This document shows positions 49,880 to 61,200 of a stretch of DNA of 64,000 bases, piece after piece (the first letter of the stretch is position 1; each line of letters opens with the position of its first letter). The stretch lies in NCBI GenBank assembly GCA_964387885.1, contig CAYLYZ010000017.1:32-64031 (forward strand), written 5' to 3'. The stretch is from an uncultured bacterium (lineage in GTDB: Bacteria; Electryoneota; AABM5-125-24; Hatepunaeales; Hatepunaeaceae). A program made the translations under genes and the position numbers. The notes below the pieces were generated by a model, which saw only the letters and a list, made by a program, of their open reading frames with translations, searched no databases and was not told where the DNA came from.

Positions 49880-50542
49880 TTATTCATCGATCTTTCCCGC
49901 AAGAATCTGCCAATTTGAGAAAAACTGCTTTTCACCTTTGTTATCCCAGTAGCCTTCATCCAATTTCAAACTTATAATCTTGAATCCGGTTAACATCTCC
50001 TCAAAATTTGCTTTATCTGCAAAGTAATGAATGTCTCCGGGGGTGACGGACTTTGTTGATGCGTATGTATGGGGTGCAATACATTCACCGAAACCATATT
50101 TTCCATCTTTACGTGACGGACATGTAAAGTAGAAAAGTCCGGATGTTCTCAGCAAATCCCGTACACCTTCGATCGCTTCGGAAAACTGGCTTTTAAGACC
50201 ATGATAAAGAACGTTGTAGCTCAATACAATATCAAATACTGATTGACCAGATGGCTTTTCGAGCATTGAACAAACCTGGGTAGAAATACATAAATCTAAC
50301 TCCCCTACCCATTTACGTAGATGATCAATTGCCTGCTGCGAAGCATCTGTGGCTGTAACGTGGAATCCATGCATTGCAAAGGCTATTGCATGTCGTCCAA
50401 GTCCACATCCCAGATCAAGGACTTCAGGTTGGGTTTGGTGTGATTGTGACGAGATGAACTCAAGAACTTCGGGGGCAGGGATCTCCCACCATTCGTGGTT
50501 GCTCGAATTCTCCCAGTATTTATCCCAAATGTTGTTTTTCAT
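49880..50542 (-). CDS. Class I SAM-dependent methyltransferase
   Basis: VLDLGCGLGRH, VTATDAS, FDIVLSYNVLYH. Confidence 0.88.
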   Translation of the reverse strand: MKNNIWDKYWENSSNHEWWEIPAPEVLEFISSQSHQTQPEVLDLGCGLGRHAIAFAMHGFHVTATDASQQAIDHLRKWVGELDLCISTQVCSMLEKPSGQSVFDIVLSYNVLYHGLKSQFSEAIEGVRDLLRTSGLFYFTCPSRKDGKYGFGECIAPHTYASTKSVTPGDIHYFADKANFEEMLTGFKIISLKLDEGYWDNKGEKQFFSNWQILAGKIDE

Positions 50543-50552
50543 TCTAAAATTT

Positions 50553-50647
50553 GTTGAGCGGAATCTTATTCCGCCATATTATGGGCATATCCCGACATAT
50601 TATAGGCATATCCCGATTGTTTTCGTCGGATTAAGAATCCGACCTAC
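50553..50647. repeat. Family A REPIN with an internal 21-bp duplication
   Basis: GAGCGGAATCTTATTCCGCC ... GTCGGATTAAGAATCCGACCTAC; CATATTAT(G/A)GGCATATCCCGA x2. Confidence 0.8.
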
Positions 50648-50699
50648 GAAACTGCAATTTTGAGGGTTAAAACAATTGATTGGCCATTTTTCGTGCTGC

Positions 50700-52157
50700 C
50701 TATTGAATTTCAGCTCCGACTACCGTGTTTCCGAATTTGAAGTAAAAAGTCATATCCTCCGGAAATTTGATTGTTCCCATATCCACTACAAATTTCACTG
50801 TGACATGCTGATTGTAAAAGATTTTGGGATCGTCGCCAACCTTTCCCTTGACAAAATCTGATCGAATGCTGTGTCCGGGTTTCAGCTTGCAGGTTCGACG
50901 GAAAAAATCCGTGCCATCGGATCGCAACACAACGTACTGGAATGTGGCGAGATTAGCAACCTTAGGAGCTTCCCAAAAGAATGTCCATTTGTCAAAGTCA
51001 GCTGGGGCTACCCTTGCAGTCTTGAAGGTGATTTCGTCTGAGACAATATCTATAGGGATAGATTTTCCGAAACCTTTCTCAAACCTTACTTTGGAGCGAT
51101 CCCAGGCTGTGATATCAGAATCTGGTATATCTTTCAAACCAGAAACAAATCCTTTCAACTCAGCAAAAAAATTAGTCGGATCATCTCTGGACGGTTCATG
51201 ACCAGCCTCCTCAAGAATCACTAATTTCGCATTATTAAAACATGCTTGAAATGCCTGAGATTTACTTTCGTCCCACGTAAGATCCCATTTCCCGTCAATT
51301 ATTAGAACCGGGATCGGACACCTGCTGAAGACATCGCTAAAGTCAAGTGTTTCCTTTGAGTTGAGCATTCCATCACGGTAGTTCCTATCATGATCCCATT
51401 CATATCGGGCTGATCTTGCAATCTCATCTCGAGTAGGTTTATAAAAACATTGCCGTTTCCAGTCACCATTTAGAAATGCGTTATATATTATTTGTTCGAC
51501 TGACAGGTGTCTACTAGTATGAATTTCTCGGATTTTATCCATTTCCTCACCGGAAATGTAGTCATATTGCCTTGATCCGGCGTAATCCATTGGCAAACCT
51601 GAAAAAGCTGATGATTCAAAAATCAATCCTGACAAGTTTTCCGGGAAACTTACCGCATAAGCCTGTGCCAGTGTTCCCCCGAAGCTTGAGCCAAGGACTA
51701 TCCACTTATCAAAACCCAGTTTAATTCGCATTTTTTCGAGGTCTTCGACTGCCTGATACAGGGTATATGGTTTATCCGATGTGTATTGTGAAAGCCCACA
51801 TCCTCTTTGATCGTAGTATATCAGTTTGAGAAAATCACCTGCCTGTGAGAAATGTGGATGAAACGCATGGTGCGTTGAGCCCGGACCACCATTGATTAGA
51901 ACAACGGGCGTACCTTCGCCCTCGATTTCGCAATAGAGACTGCAATCATCCAATTGAACATAATCCTTCCAGATGTCCATATCATCACATAGCCGGGGTG
52001 GATGCGGGATGTCCATTATCAGCTCATCTTCAATGGAAACCACCCGATCCAGCACACGTTCCCTGCTTCCCTTTGAATCAGTGTTTCTTATCTTGCAGGA
52101 TGTCAGCATTATACCGATCACCAGGAAAACTGTTAACAGACAATTGATCTTCTTCAT
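50700..52157 (-). CDS. Lipoprotein alpha/beta hydrolase (proline iminopeptidase-like) with a C-terminal beta domain
   Basis: LTSC lipobox; NGGPG, YDQRGCG, GSSFG, AGH. Confidence 0.82.
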   Translation of the reverse strand: MKKINCLLTVFLVIGIMLTSCKIRNTDSKGSRERVLDRVVSIEDELIMDIPHPPRLCDDMDIWKDYVQLDDCSLYCEIEGEGTPVVLINGGPGSTHHAFHPHFSQAGDFLKLIYYDQRGCGLSQYTSDKPYTLYQAVEDLEKMRIKLGFDKWIVLGSSFGGTLAQAYAVSFPENLSGLIFESSAFSGLPMDYAGSRQYDYISGEEMDKIREIHTSRHLSVEQIIYNAFLNGDWKRQCFYKPTRDEIARSARYEWDHDRNYRDGMLNSKETLDFSDVFSRCPIPVLIIDGKWDLTWDESKSQAFQACFNNAKLVILEEAGHEPSRDDPTNFFAELKGFVSGLKDIPDSDITAWDRSKVRFEKGFGKSIPIDIVSDEITFKTARVAPADFDKWTFFWEAPKVANLATFQYVVLRSDGTDFFRRTCKLKPGHSIRSDFVKGKVGDDPKIFYNQHVTVKFVVDMGTIKFPEDMTFYFKFGNTVVGAEIQ

Positions 52158-52552
52158 TTGAATCTCCAATAATCTAACATTAGTCCAATTAATCTAAGTT
52201 TTGCTGATAAACCACCTCCTCTTGAATGTATTATGGGTTTCTGCTAATGTCAAGTACATAATCTATTGAATCTGAAAAGTTTGAATTAGGTGAACGGTGC
52301 TACATCTATTGAACGCAAATCTTATAAAGAAGATTCGTTTATTCTTTCATTTTTCAATTTTTGATATTACTTTTTTATGTTATAACGTTTTCCGAGAAGT
52401 TATGTTGTTTTCGTTTTTACGAATAATTTAGTGACGTAGCGATCTATTTAAAATGTGATAATCAGGAGATTGCTACATCCAAGTAAAATAGATTCACAGA
52501 AACAAATCATTCGGAAAATGTTTTGCTAAGATTTAACTCGCCAGAGGTAGAC

Positions 52553-55402
52553 ATGATTTCGCACGACCGTTTTATCTATCTGTTACTTATTCTGTTTGTT
52601 GTCATTGCCCCTTCACTTCAAGCTGATCCGGTGATTACCGTAGATGTAGATGAAATCGAAACAGACCTGAACACCGGTGATATTGAAGAACTTATATTCA
52701 ATATCTTTAACGATGGAGATGAATTACTCCAGTATACCATTACTCATACCATAATTGCTGAACCCGAAAGGGATGGTGAAAATCTTCAGGAGCGTCCGGT
52801 TAATTTGAGAAATCAAATCGGACCGAGCCGTGACGATCTTGGAGACCAGATTGCTGAATACGGTATCGGAAGATCTGGATGGGCAGGTCTTGCTTGGGAT
52901 GGGGAACTCATGTGGGGAATAGGTTTCGAACAGGGCATGATTGGTTTCGATCCTGTTGCAGAGGAAATTGCACGAGAATTGAATCCTGGAGGTTTTCACA
53001 TGGGTCTGACATATGATGGTGAAGCATTCTGGACTGGTACTCTGGTTGATCAGGATGAAGTCGCTTTTCTGCAGCGAATAGATCTTGAGGGAAATGTTGT
53101 TCAGACGATACAAGTCAGAGGAATTGCAATATCCGGTGTGGCGTATGATGGCGAAAACCTTTGGTACTATACAGCAAATATGGATCCTAACGGATGGATC
53201 AGACCTATCATAAGGCAGATTACTACCGATGGTGAGGAATTGAGAGAGATAAATTGCGAGAATCTTTTTAGGCCAAGTTTCCTTACAATTACTTATGTTC
53301 CAGAACACGACGACGGTGCACTCTGGGTAATATACTGGGGAGAATCGACACTTCACCAATTAGATATTGCTGAAGACAATCCGGAAATTCTTCAACAAAC
53401 ACAAGTATTGTGGAATGAAGACCAGGATCAGACGTATGGTCTCGATCATGACGGAGAAAACTTGTGGTATAGTAATGGTGGCGATACATGGTATGTAATT
53501 GATGATGGACTTGGCGAGAGCAGTTGGATAAGCTTTGATCCGGATGAGGGCGAGATCGATGCAGGAGGAGATGAAGATATTTTAGTGATACTGGATGCGA
53601 CAGGGCTGATTGAAGGTGCTTATGAGGCTGAAATTCACATTATCAGTAACGATCCTGACAATGACGATGTTGTAATTAATGTTCTTATGAATATCACCGG
53701 TGTACCGATTATTGATGTGATATGGGAGGAAGAGATTGGGTATCCGGATGTGATCAATTGGAACGAAGCATATTTTGACCTGTTTCCAGGTGTATCTTAT
53801 GAAATTGGATTGACGATAGGTAACATTGGCACCGCGCCACTATTTGTTGAAAATATTACATGTGAAGAAGGAGCTTTCTCATCAGATCAGGTTGAATTCG
53901 ATATAAATCCCGGTGGTGAAATCCAGGTGAATTTCGTCCTTGAAGCTGATGACGAAGGATTATATGAGTCTGAGATGTTAGTGATCTGGAATTCTCCCGA
54001 CGATGAAAACTTTGTCATACCACTAAGAGCCAGAACAATTCTGCCTCCTATAATTGAAGCCGATCAAATGGCACTGGAGTCTGAACTTGAAATTGGTGAA
54101 TCTGAAGAGTTTGTCCTTAATATTTCAAACACGGGATCAACTGAGCTCCGTTTCAATATTGAGCATGAAATTATATCTGAGCCTGAAGAAGATTTAATTG
54201 ATCGATCAATCAATAGAAACATCCATGGAAAATCGGGTCCTCGCCGAGATGATTTCGGGGACATAATTTCTGAGTACAATATGGAAGAATGGTTCTGGTC
54301 GGGTCTGGCTTATGACGGGGAACTCATGTGGGGAATAACTCCAAATGGAAATATGATTGCAATCAATCCGGAAACAGGGGAAGTTACAGAGAATGCTAAC
54401 GTCGAAGGAAACGAATTTCATGGAATGGCATTTGATGGTGAATCCTTCTGGTTAGGTAACGCCGGTGGTGACAATGACTGGAGAGGGCGATTAATCAGGG
54501 TAGACGGGAATGGTAATTTTCAACAGATGATTCAAGTCCAGGGCTGGTTTGTTTCGGGAGTGACATTTGATGGTGAAAATCTCTGGTTTTTCAGTTTAGG
54601 TGAAGATGATGAGGGTATGCAGTCAGCGATACGACAGATTACACCCGAAGGTGAAATATTGAGGGTGATTAACACCCGTAATATCCTTGACGGGATGTAC
54701 CTGGCTGTTGCTTACGTACCGCAACATGAGGACGGGAATCTTTGGGTTTTAGAATGGGAAACCCGGATACTCTACCAGTTAGACATTTCAGGAGATGATC
54801 CAGAAATCGTCAGACAAACTGAACTTAATGGCGCACAATATTTCGGGCTTGAACATGATGGTGAAAACTTGTGGTATTCTACCATTAATGATGTCTGGTA
54901 TGTACTTGATGATGGAATCAGGGAAAGCTTCTGGTTCACATATGATCCCGAAACTGGTGAGGTTGAAGCAGATGGAGATTTGGACATCTTTGTTATCATT
55001 GATGCAACAGAATTGGTGGAAGGTGTCTATGAAGCTGAGATGCATATACTGTCAAATGATCCTGAAACCCCGGACCTGGCTGTCAATGTTGTTTTGAATG
55101 CAGGTCCAGTCCACGCTCCATTTGAGGCTTCAATTGCAGATGATTTTCAACTGTATACAGCATACCCGAATCCGTTTAACTCATCAACCATAATCAGTTA
55201 CAATTTGCCAACATCTACAGCAGTATCTTTTCACCTGTGTGATATCACGGGACGTCAGGTAACAGAGTTATTCAATGGCGAAAAACAAGCGGGAAAACAC
55301 TCCATTACTGTTTCAGCAAATGAGTTAGCATCTGGATTGTATTACATCAGGATGGCAGTTTCTGAACGTATATTCACTCATAAATTGCTTCTTTTACGAT
55401 AA
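52553..55402 (+). CDS. Acidic surface protein: two split-Ig + beta-propeller modules, an intact Ig domain, FlgD/T9SS-A-like CTD
   Basis: Internal duplication (GLAWDGELMWG...VPEHDDG...GLDHDGENLW); AYPNPFN; GAGG RBS before 52553. Confidence 0.85.
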   Translation: MISHDRFIYLLLILFVVIAPSLQADPVITVDVDEIETDLNTGDIEELIFNIFNDGDELLQYTITHTIIAEPERDGENLQERPVNLRNQIGPSRDDLGDQIAEYGIGRSGWAGLAWDGELMWGIGFEQGMIGFDPVAEEIARELNPGGFHMGLTYDGEAFWTGTLVDQDEVAFLQRIDLEGNVVQTIQVRGIAISGVAYDGENLWYYTANMDPNGWIRPIIRQITTDGEELREINCENLFRPSFLTITYVPEHDDGALWVIYWGESTLHQLDIAEDNPEILQQTQVLWNEDQDQTYGLDHDGENLWYSNGGDTWYVIDDGLGESSWISFDPDEGEIDAGGDEDILVILDATGLIEGAYEAEIHIISNDPDNDDVVINVLMNITGVPIIDVIWEEEIGYPDVINWNEAYFDLFPGVSYEIGLTIGNIGTAPLFVENITCEEGAFSSDQVEFDINPGGEIQVNFVLEADDEGLYESEMLVIWNSPDDENFVIPLRARTILPPIIEADQMALESELEIGESEEFVLNISNTGSTELRFNIEHEIISEPEEDLIDRSINRNIHGKSGPRRDDFGDIISEYNMEEWFWSGLAYDGELMWGITPNGNMIAINPETGEVTENANVEGNEFHGMAFDGESFWLGNAGGDNDWRGRLIRVDGNGNFQQMIQVQGWFVSGVTFDGENLWFFSLGEDDEGMQSAIRQITPEGEILRVINTRNILDGMYLAVAYVPQHEDGNLWVLEWETRILYQLDISGDDPEIVRQTELNGAQYFGLEHDGENLWYSTINDVWYVLDDGIRESFWFTYDPETGEVEADGDLDIFVIIDATELVEGVYEAEMHILSNDPETPDLAVNVVLNAGPVHAPFEASIADDFQLYTAYPNPFNSSTIISYNLPTSTAVSFHLCDITGRQVTELFNGEKQAGKHSITVSANELASGLYYIRMAVSERIFTHKLLLLR

Positions 55403-55439
55403 GATATTTACTTTGTCACTACTCAAAACAGGATAAAAA

Positions 55440-56186
55440 GTGCAACCAACCCGAATAGTTGTTTTCACAGTAATTATTTGCACATTCTTTTGGTATTTTC
55501 CGGGTATCCTGCATTCGGCAGAGCCAACAGAGAAACCGGACTTCGTATTCCTTTTTCACGGGCTGGGAAGAACCAAATCTGCAATGTGGTGGCTGGATTT
55601 ACGGCTTGAAAATGCAGGATTCGAGGTAAAGAAAATCGGCTACCATTCATTGATTGATTCACCTGAAGAGATTAAGGTTGACATAACTGAACAGGTTCTC
55701 TCAAACATGCCTGACATGGACAGGACTGTACACTTCGTGGGGCATTCACTGGGAGGATTGCTGATTCGGGCATTCCTCGACGAAAATAACGTAGAGAACC
55801 TGGGACGTGTGGTTCTAATTGGAACGCCAAATCAGGGTACTGCAGTAGTCGATAAATACCGGGATAAATGGTGGATGAAGATATTCGGTCCGACGCCTCG
55901 CGCCCTCGGTACGGATAGCACAAGTTTCCCCTTTACAATTGCCGATCCATATTATCCTGTAGGTATAATCGCCGGGATCGCCAACTGGAAAAACGACAGT
56001 ATCCTCCCTGGAAAGGACGATGGTGTAGTACCGGTGGAATCGACAAAACTCAACGGCATGACCGATTTAATAACCGTAAAGAGTGGTCATACCAGGCTGA
56101 AGTGGGATAAGGATGTGGCTGAACAGACGATTGAGTTTTTACGGGAGGGGAAGTTCAGGGAGGATGAGCCTCTAATTGAAAGGTAG
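55440..56186 (+). CDS. Secreted lipase/esterase-type alpha/beta hydrolase
   Basis: HGLGR, GHSLGG, IGTPNQG, DDGVV. Confidence 0.85.
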   Translation: MQPTRIVVFTVIICTFFWYFPGILHSAEPTEKPDFVFLFHGLGRTKSAMWWLDLRLENAGFEVKKIGYHSLIDSPEEIKVDITEQVLSNMPDMDRTVHFVGHSLGGLLIRAFLDENNVENLGRVVLIGTPNQGTAVVDKYRDKWWMKIFGPTPRALGTDSTSFPFTIADPYYPVGIIAGIANWKNDSILPGKDDGVVPVESTKLNGMTDLITVKSGHTRLKWDKDVAEQTIEFLREGKFREDEPLIER

Positions 56187-56398
56187 TCTGTATTCTGGAA
56201 GCGATTACCATTCGCAAAACCCAAAGCCCATATCAGTATATACTGGAATATCCGAAAGTGTTTTTATGCGTCATCGTGACTGAAAGAATATTCAAAAATT
56301 TGGGAGGTCTCTTCTTCGTCTGACAATTCAGTTTTATCGTCAGGCGGGGACGCCTGACGACACATTAACCCGGACAACAAGGGCTCCGGGCTACTTTT

Positions 56399-57139
56399 TC
56401 AATCTAAGTCATCCCAATCATTCAATTCCCGAACACAAATATCCACTACCTTCTGCAGCACCTTTTCACCAGCTTCAGCTGTTGCTGTTCCCGGATTTAG
56501 CCCCATAATACCATCGGGATATAACTTTTTGAATGTTCTGGATGTCAGTATTTCTCGTGAACCGGATAATGGTGCATCCCTCCCGGTCAGGTTTTCCATC
56601 TTCACGGCCTGCGGACGAATATTCAACATCAAGGCGGTTTCGGAGAATGAAGCGTGGGTGCCTTTAACTCCCATCGTATTCTGAATGACCTGATTGACCT
56701 CATCTTCCTTCCACCATTCAACCAGTTTCAGGCTGAGATCAGACAATTCTTCAGCTAAAACCTCAGCAGCACACCGAATCGAAGCAGTATTTCCACCGTG
56801 CCCATTGACAATCAGAACTCGTCTGAAACCCTGAGTATACATACTACGCAAAATATCCTCAATAACTGATATCATGGTTTTCGGACTAAACGTTAGATTC
56901 CCGGAAAATCCCATCGTCATAAGTGTTACACCATAATTCAAGGTTGGCGCAGCAACTACTCCGGTGGCTTCCGAAATCCGGTGTGCCATCGCTTCAGCTT
57001 CGATACAATCAGTTCCAAGTCCGAGGTGAGGTCCGTGCTCTTCAACTGCCCCAATCGGTAGAATGACCCGATCATCCCGCTCAAGATATTCCCCCGCTCC
57101 CTTCCAGCTAAGATCTGTCAATAAGTTCAATGTTTTCAT
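56399..57139 (-). CDS. Creatininase family amidohydrolase
   Basis: PIGAVEEHGPHL..GTD, NGHGGN, HASFSET. Confidence 0.9.
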   Translation of the reverse strand: MKTLNLLTDLSWKGAGEYLERDDRVILPIGAVEEHGPHLGLGTDCIEAEAMAHRISEATGVVAAPTLNYGVTLMTMGFSGNLTFSPKTMISVIEDILRSMYTQGFRRVLIVNGHGGNTASIRCAAEVLAEELSDLSLKLVEWWKEDEVNQVIQNTMGVKGTHASFSETALMLNIRPQAVKMENLTGRDAPLSGSREILTSRTFKKLYPDGIMGLNPGTATAEAGEKVLQKVVDICVRELNDWDDLD

Positions 57140-57402
57140 TCCTGTGGTTTGTGTTTAAATATTCGTCATTTCCATGAAGCTTTGTCTTTGCGAGCGTAGC
57201 GAAGCAATCTCTTAATTTGGTCACATTTACAATGACCGCTTCTACTCCGCTTTCCTCATAAAGACATATCTCTTAGTTACCGTCGGGAGTTCAATAATCA
57301 GAACGCCTCAATCTACCAGATTACGCTTCGCTTGAAATCAGGCAGTAACGAATCCTAAATAATAATACTATCAAGGAGATTTGTTTGCTACTTAAAGATG
57401 AA

Positions 57403-58080
57403 TTATTTATCAAACAACGGCATCAAAAGCGAAGAATCATCATTCCTGACATTATTCACGTTTGACGAAACTCGGAAGGCTTCCATCTCGTTTGCCTGAT
57501 ACGGAACGAGACAGGCGCGGAGGTCTTCGACCGATTGTTTGGCATCTGACAGCCAGAGGTCGAAACGTTCTTGTGGCAGGATAACCGGCATCCGGTTGTG
57601 TATTGGGGCGACTAATTCGTTGGGGTGGATGGTGATGATGGTACTGGACTCTATGATTTCCTCCTTTGGGGAGTGCCAGGAATCCCACAATCCGGCAAAT
57701 GCGAATGGCAATCCGGATTTCATTCTGAAGTACATTGGGATTTTTTTCTTTTGACCTGAGACTTTCTGCCACTCATAGAAACCATCGGCGAGAATCAGGC
57801 AGCGTTTGTTGCGGAAGGGTGACCGGAATGCAGGTTTTTCGTGAACCGTTTCACCACGGGCGTTGATCATCCGGCTGCTCATAGATGTATCCTTTGCCCA
57901 GTTTGGGATTAATCCCCAATGGGTGAATGTCAACTTCCGTTCCGGTTTATTCAGAACTGTTGCGATCTGCTGTGTTGGAGCAATATTAAAGCGTTCGACA
58001 ACTTCCTCATCGACCGACAGACCAGGAATCATCTTCTGCAGCTCTGTCGGATCGACATTTAATGAAAAACGACCACACAT
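57403..58080 (-). CDS. SOS response-associated peptidase (SRAP/YedK/HMCES family)
   Basis: Starts MCGRF (catalytic Cys2, so ATG 58080); FNIAPTQ, INARGET, GFYEW, HNRMPVIL. Confidence 0.93.
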   Translation of the reverse strand: MCGRFSLNVDPTELQKMIPGLSVDEEVVERFNIAPTQQIATVLNKPERKLTFTHWGLIPNWAKDTSMSSRMINARGETVHEKPAFRSPFRNKRCLILADGFYEWQKVSGQKKKIPMYFRMKSGLPFAFAGLWDSWHSPKEEIIESSTIITIHPNELVAPIHNRMPVILPQERFDLWLSDAKQSVEDLRACLVPYQANEMEAFRVSSNVNNVRNDDSSLLMPLFDK

Positions 58081-58115
58081 CAGCGATTTTTGTTTCATGA
58101 ATATTATCTATGTTT

Positions 58116-58225
58116 CTATTGTACGGGCAGGGAGCTCGTGCCCTTCTCTCCCAAAAAAATGATCCTATGAAAACAACATGTTTCTGTAATCGAACATAGG
58201 CAAAGACGATCTGCCCGTACAATAG
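58116..58225. repeat. GTAC-type inverted repeat element
   Basis: Perfect 15-bp arms CTATTGTACGGGCAG / CTGCCCGTACAATAG. Confidence 0.7.
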
Positions 58226-58236
58226 ATCTGTAAATA

Positions 58237-61200
58237 CTACTTAATTAAGGTTATCTTCCTGCTATCACTTTGTGAGCCTGCCCTTAACCTCATAAAATAA
58301 AGTCCGCTCGCAAGATCAGAGCCGTCAATAGAAATGGAATGACTACCAGCGGATAGATGTCCATTGGTCAAATCGAGAATCCGTCGACCATCAACGTCGT
58401 AAAGCCCCAGATTGACTAATCCATCATTAGATAGGTCAAAAGTCAGCCTCGATACTGAGTTAAACGGATTAGGCGAAATAGTTTTAATACCAAAACTGTG
58501 TGGATTAACTATCTCATCTAACTCTACCACCCAGAGGGAATTAGTTTCATATATATTTCTACCTGTTAAGGTTTCATACTGCAAATCAAATTCCTCTCCC
58601 GTCTCCCGGTACAACCGCAACTTGATGGTTTCTTTTTCTTGAGCACCATCACGCTCGGGTGTGGATGGATCATTCCCCCAAACTGAGATTCCGCATTTGC
58701 CTTTTTGAATGACTCCTGAACCAACCATTATATCCCCGGAATATACACCAACCTCTCCTTCGGATATATCCGAAAGGATAAGTAAACTCATATTTTCTCC
58801 GGTATTGTCGTGAACGGGAAGAATACTAGTCTGCGCGAACGAAATAGAATAACTTGCCAATTCATCTTCAACCGTATACACCAGCTCCGCAGCCTCATCC
58901 ATCTTTACTAAATATCCCTGCCCGGGAACCATATCTCCCATGTTGCTGAATTCGAATGCCGGGCTGTAGAATCTGCCCTGACCATCTTTAGCCATTAGCA
59001 GAAGGTCAACAATGCCAGATAAGGCTACTATTGCATCTACTCCCTGACGCGGGTAATAGCTAATCATCTGCCAGCCAGGTTGCAGCTCGAGTGGTTCATT
59101 CCAGGCTACCGAAATCCCATTAAGAATAAGTTCATCGGCACCATCCATTTTAATCATATAACCTTCATTTACTCGCCATCCGGGAATATTATTGAAATTG
59201 AACTGAGGATTGTAAAACTGACCAACGCTGTTCTTCATCATGATCAAAGTGCCAGCTTCAACCAGGGCAGCGGTGATTTCTCTGATATCATCGGGATCAG
59301 GTTGGACATAAGATGAAACCATGTTCCAACCGTCATCAAGGTTTAGAACCATCTCTTCAGGTTCATCACCACCACCTTCTCCAACCTGAAGTGTTATAGG
59401 CAGATGAGTTTGTCCACCAATCCCATCATGCGTGAATAATATCTCCCCTTCGAACACCGCTTCCGGTAAACCTGCAGCATCGAGGGTGACAATTATATCC
59501 CGCTGCTCACCTGCGCCAATTACACCCTCTATTGGCTCAATTGCCATCCAGTCCTTGCGCGCATCAAGCTGCCAGATGTCAATCCTGTCCTCAGCACCGC
59601 TGTTGGCAACTCCCATGAACACCCAGCTGTAGATATCATACTGGTTGGTGATAAAACATCCCTGAGCTGCACCTCCGTCTTCATGTTCGAGTGAAATTAC
59701 ATCCACAATCTCACCATTCTCTATGTTCAGCTTCGCAACCATCAGGTCGCCGACATCGTTTATTTTATGGAATATATAGAGCTGATGCCCATCAGGATCA
59801 TCAGGCCAATAGGCAAGGCCATAAATACGAAACTCTCCCCTGTCGAGTTCTTCAATCTGATTGCCATCACGGTCAAATCCGATTATATCAGTTGTCGTAC
59901 CAGATCCCCAGAGGATATCTCTGTCAGAGTCCCATGCAAGATTGTTACAGGGAGAAATACCACAATCAAATGACCGGTCAAGTTCTCCTTCCGGGGTAAA
60001 ACCATAAACAATTCGCTCACCTGAACCCCAGATCAACTCACCATCGAAAGCAAGGTCTTTATATCCATACCGACTCTCTCCGTGCTGGTCATACTGGTCA
60101 ACTATTTCCTGATCACGGTTTAGAACATAGATTAATGGCTCCCTGTTATTCGCTCCGGAAAGATAGAATTGATCACCTGTAAATACTACACCCTGAACTC
60201 TCGAATCATTTGTGATTTCTCCAGCTGGATATCCGAGTCTGAGTTCCCACGGATCAGCATTCGCATCACCGATTAATCTCCTCTCGGTAATAAAGGTCAG
60301 AGGACCATTACCAGTATTCGACATTTCAATCACAGTTCGAGACTCCTCTTCTGGCCCGAGTTCGACGTCGATCAATTCAGGGACAATATTACATTCGGAC
60401 TGAGCTAATTCAAAGTTCAGCTCAATTTCACCTTCCCCATCTATATTGAATTCAAAGGCCTGGGTTAAATAATCTTCAGCAGAAACGGTAAATGTATACG
60501 CTCCTGTGAGTAGAGAATTGAGAGAGTATCGTCCATTATTATCAGTGTAGCGGATCATTTCAAATCGATCCATTGTAATTTCTGCATCAGGGATAACCTC
60601 GTCATCCCTGGAGCTGCTTACAACACCTCTCAAATCTGCAGTCGGTGAATCAATTGAAATAAGAACAGACATAGTTAGCGTTTCAGGATCAATATCTTCA
60701 TTCTCAGGATCAAACAGGAGCACCTCTACCAGGAATTCATAAATCCCGGCTTCAACTCCCTCAATAAGGATATTTGCGACCAATTCCACTACATCCTGTC
60801 CCTGGATTTCTCCCTCATCAGGATCAAATACTAACATTCGGACTTCAGCAACACCATCGTCTATGCAAATCCACTCCCCTCGATCAGTTGTATACCATAA
60901 ATACTCCCCGTCATGATCAAGACCATAAACATTGTTATCTTCTACGTTAACCGTCTGGACTACCTCAGGGGGATCAGGTTCGGTATTCACCTGATAAATA
61001 GTTCCGGGATCACACGCGGTGATCCAGAGATGACCCTCCGGATGATCAGGGACCCAGGCGAGTTCCATAGTCCGTCTCGACTGAATATCATTGCAATCCC
61101 AGGTTCGTAGAACTTCACCTTCGACCGTCATTTGTTGGATATCCTGGGCTTGATATCGTGCATACCAGAGGGTTTCACCGTCCCAGGTCATTCCGAAAGG

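Noticed and set aside
52724-53359. Long antisense ORFs (also 62857, 36083, 10234)
   Set aside because: Shadows on the opposite strand of well-supported genes.
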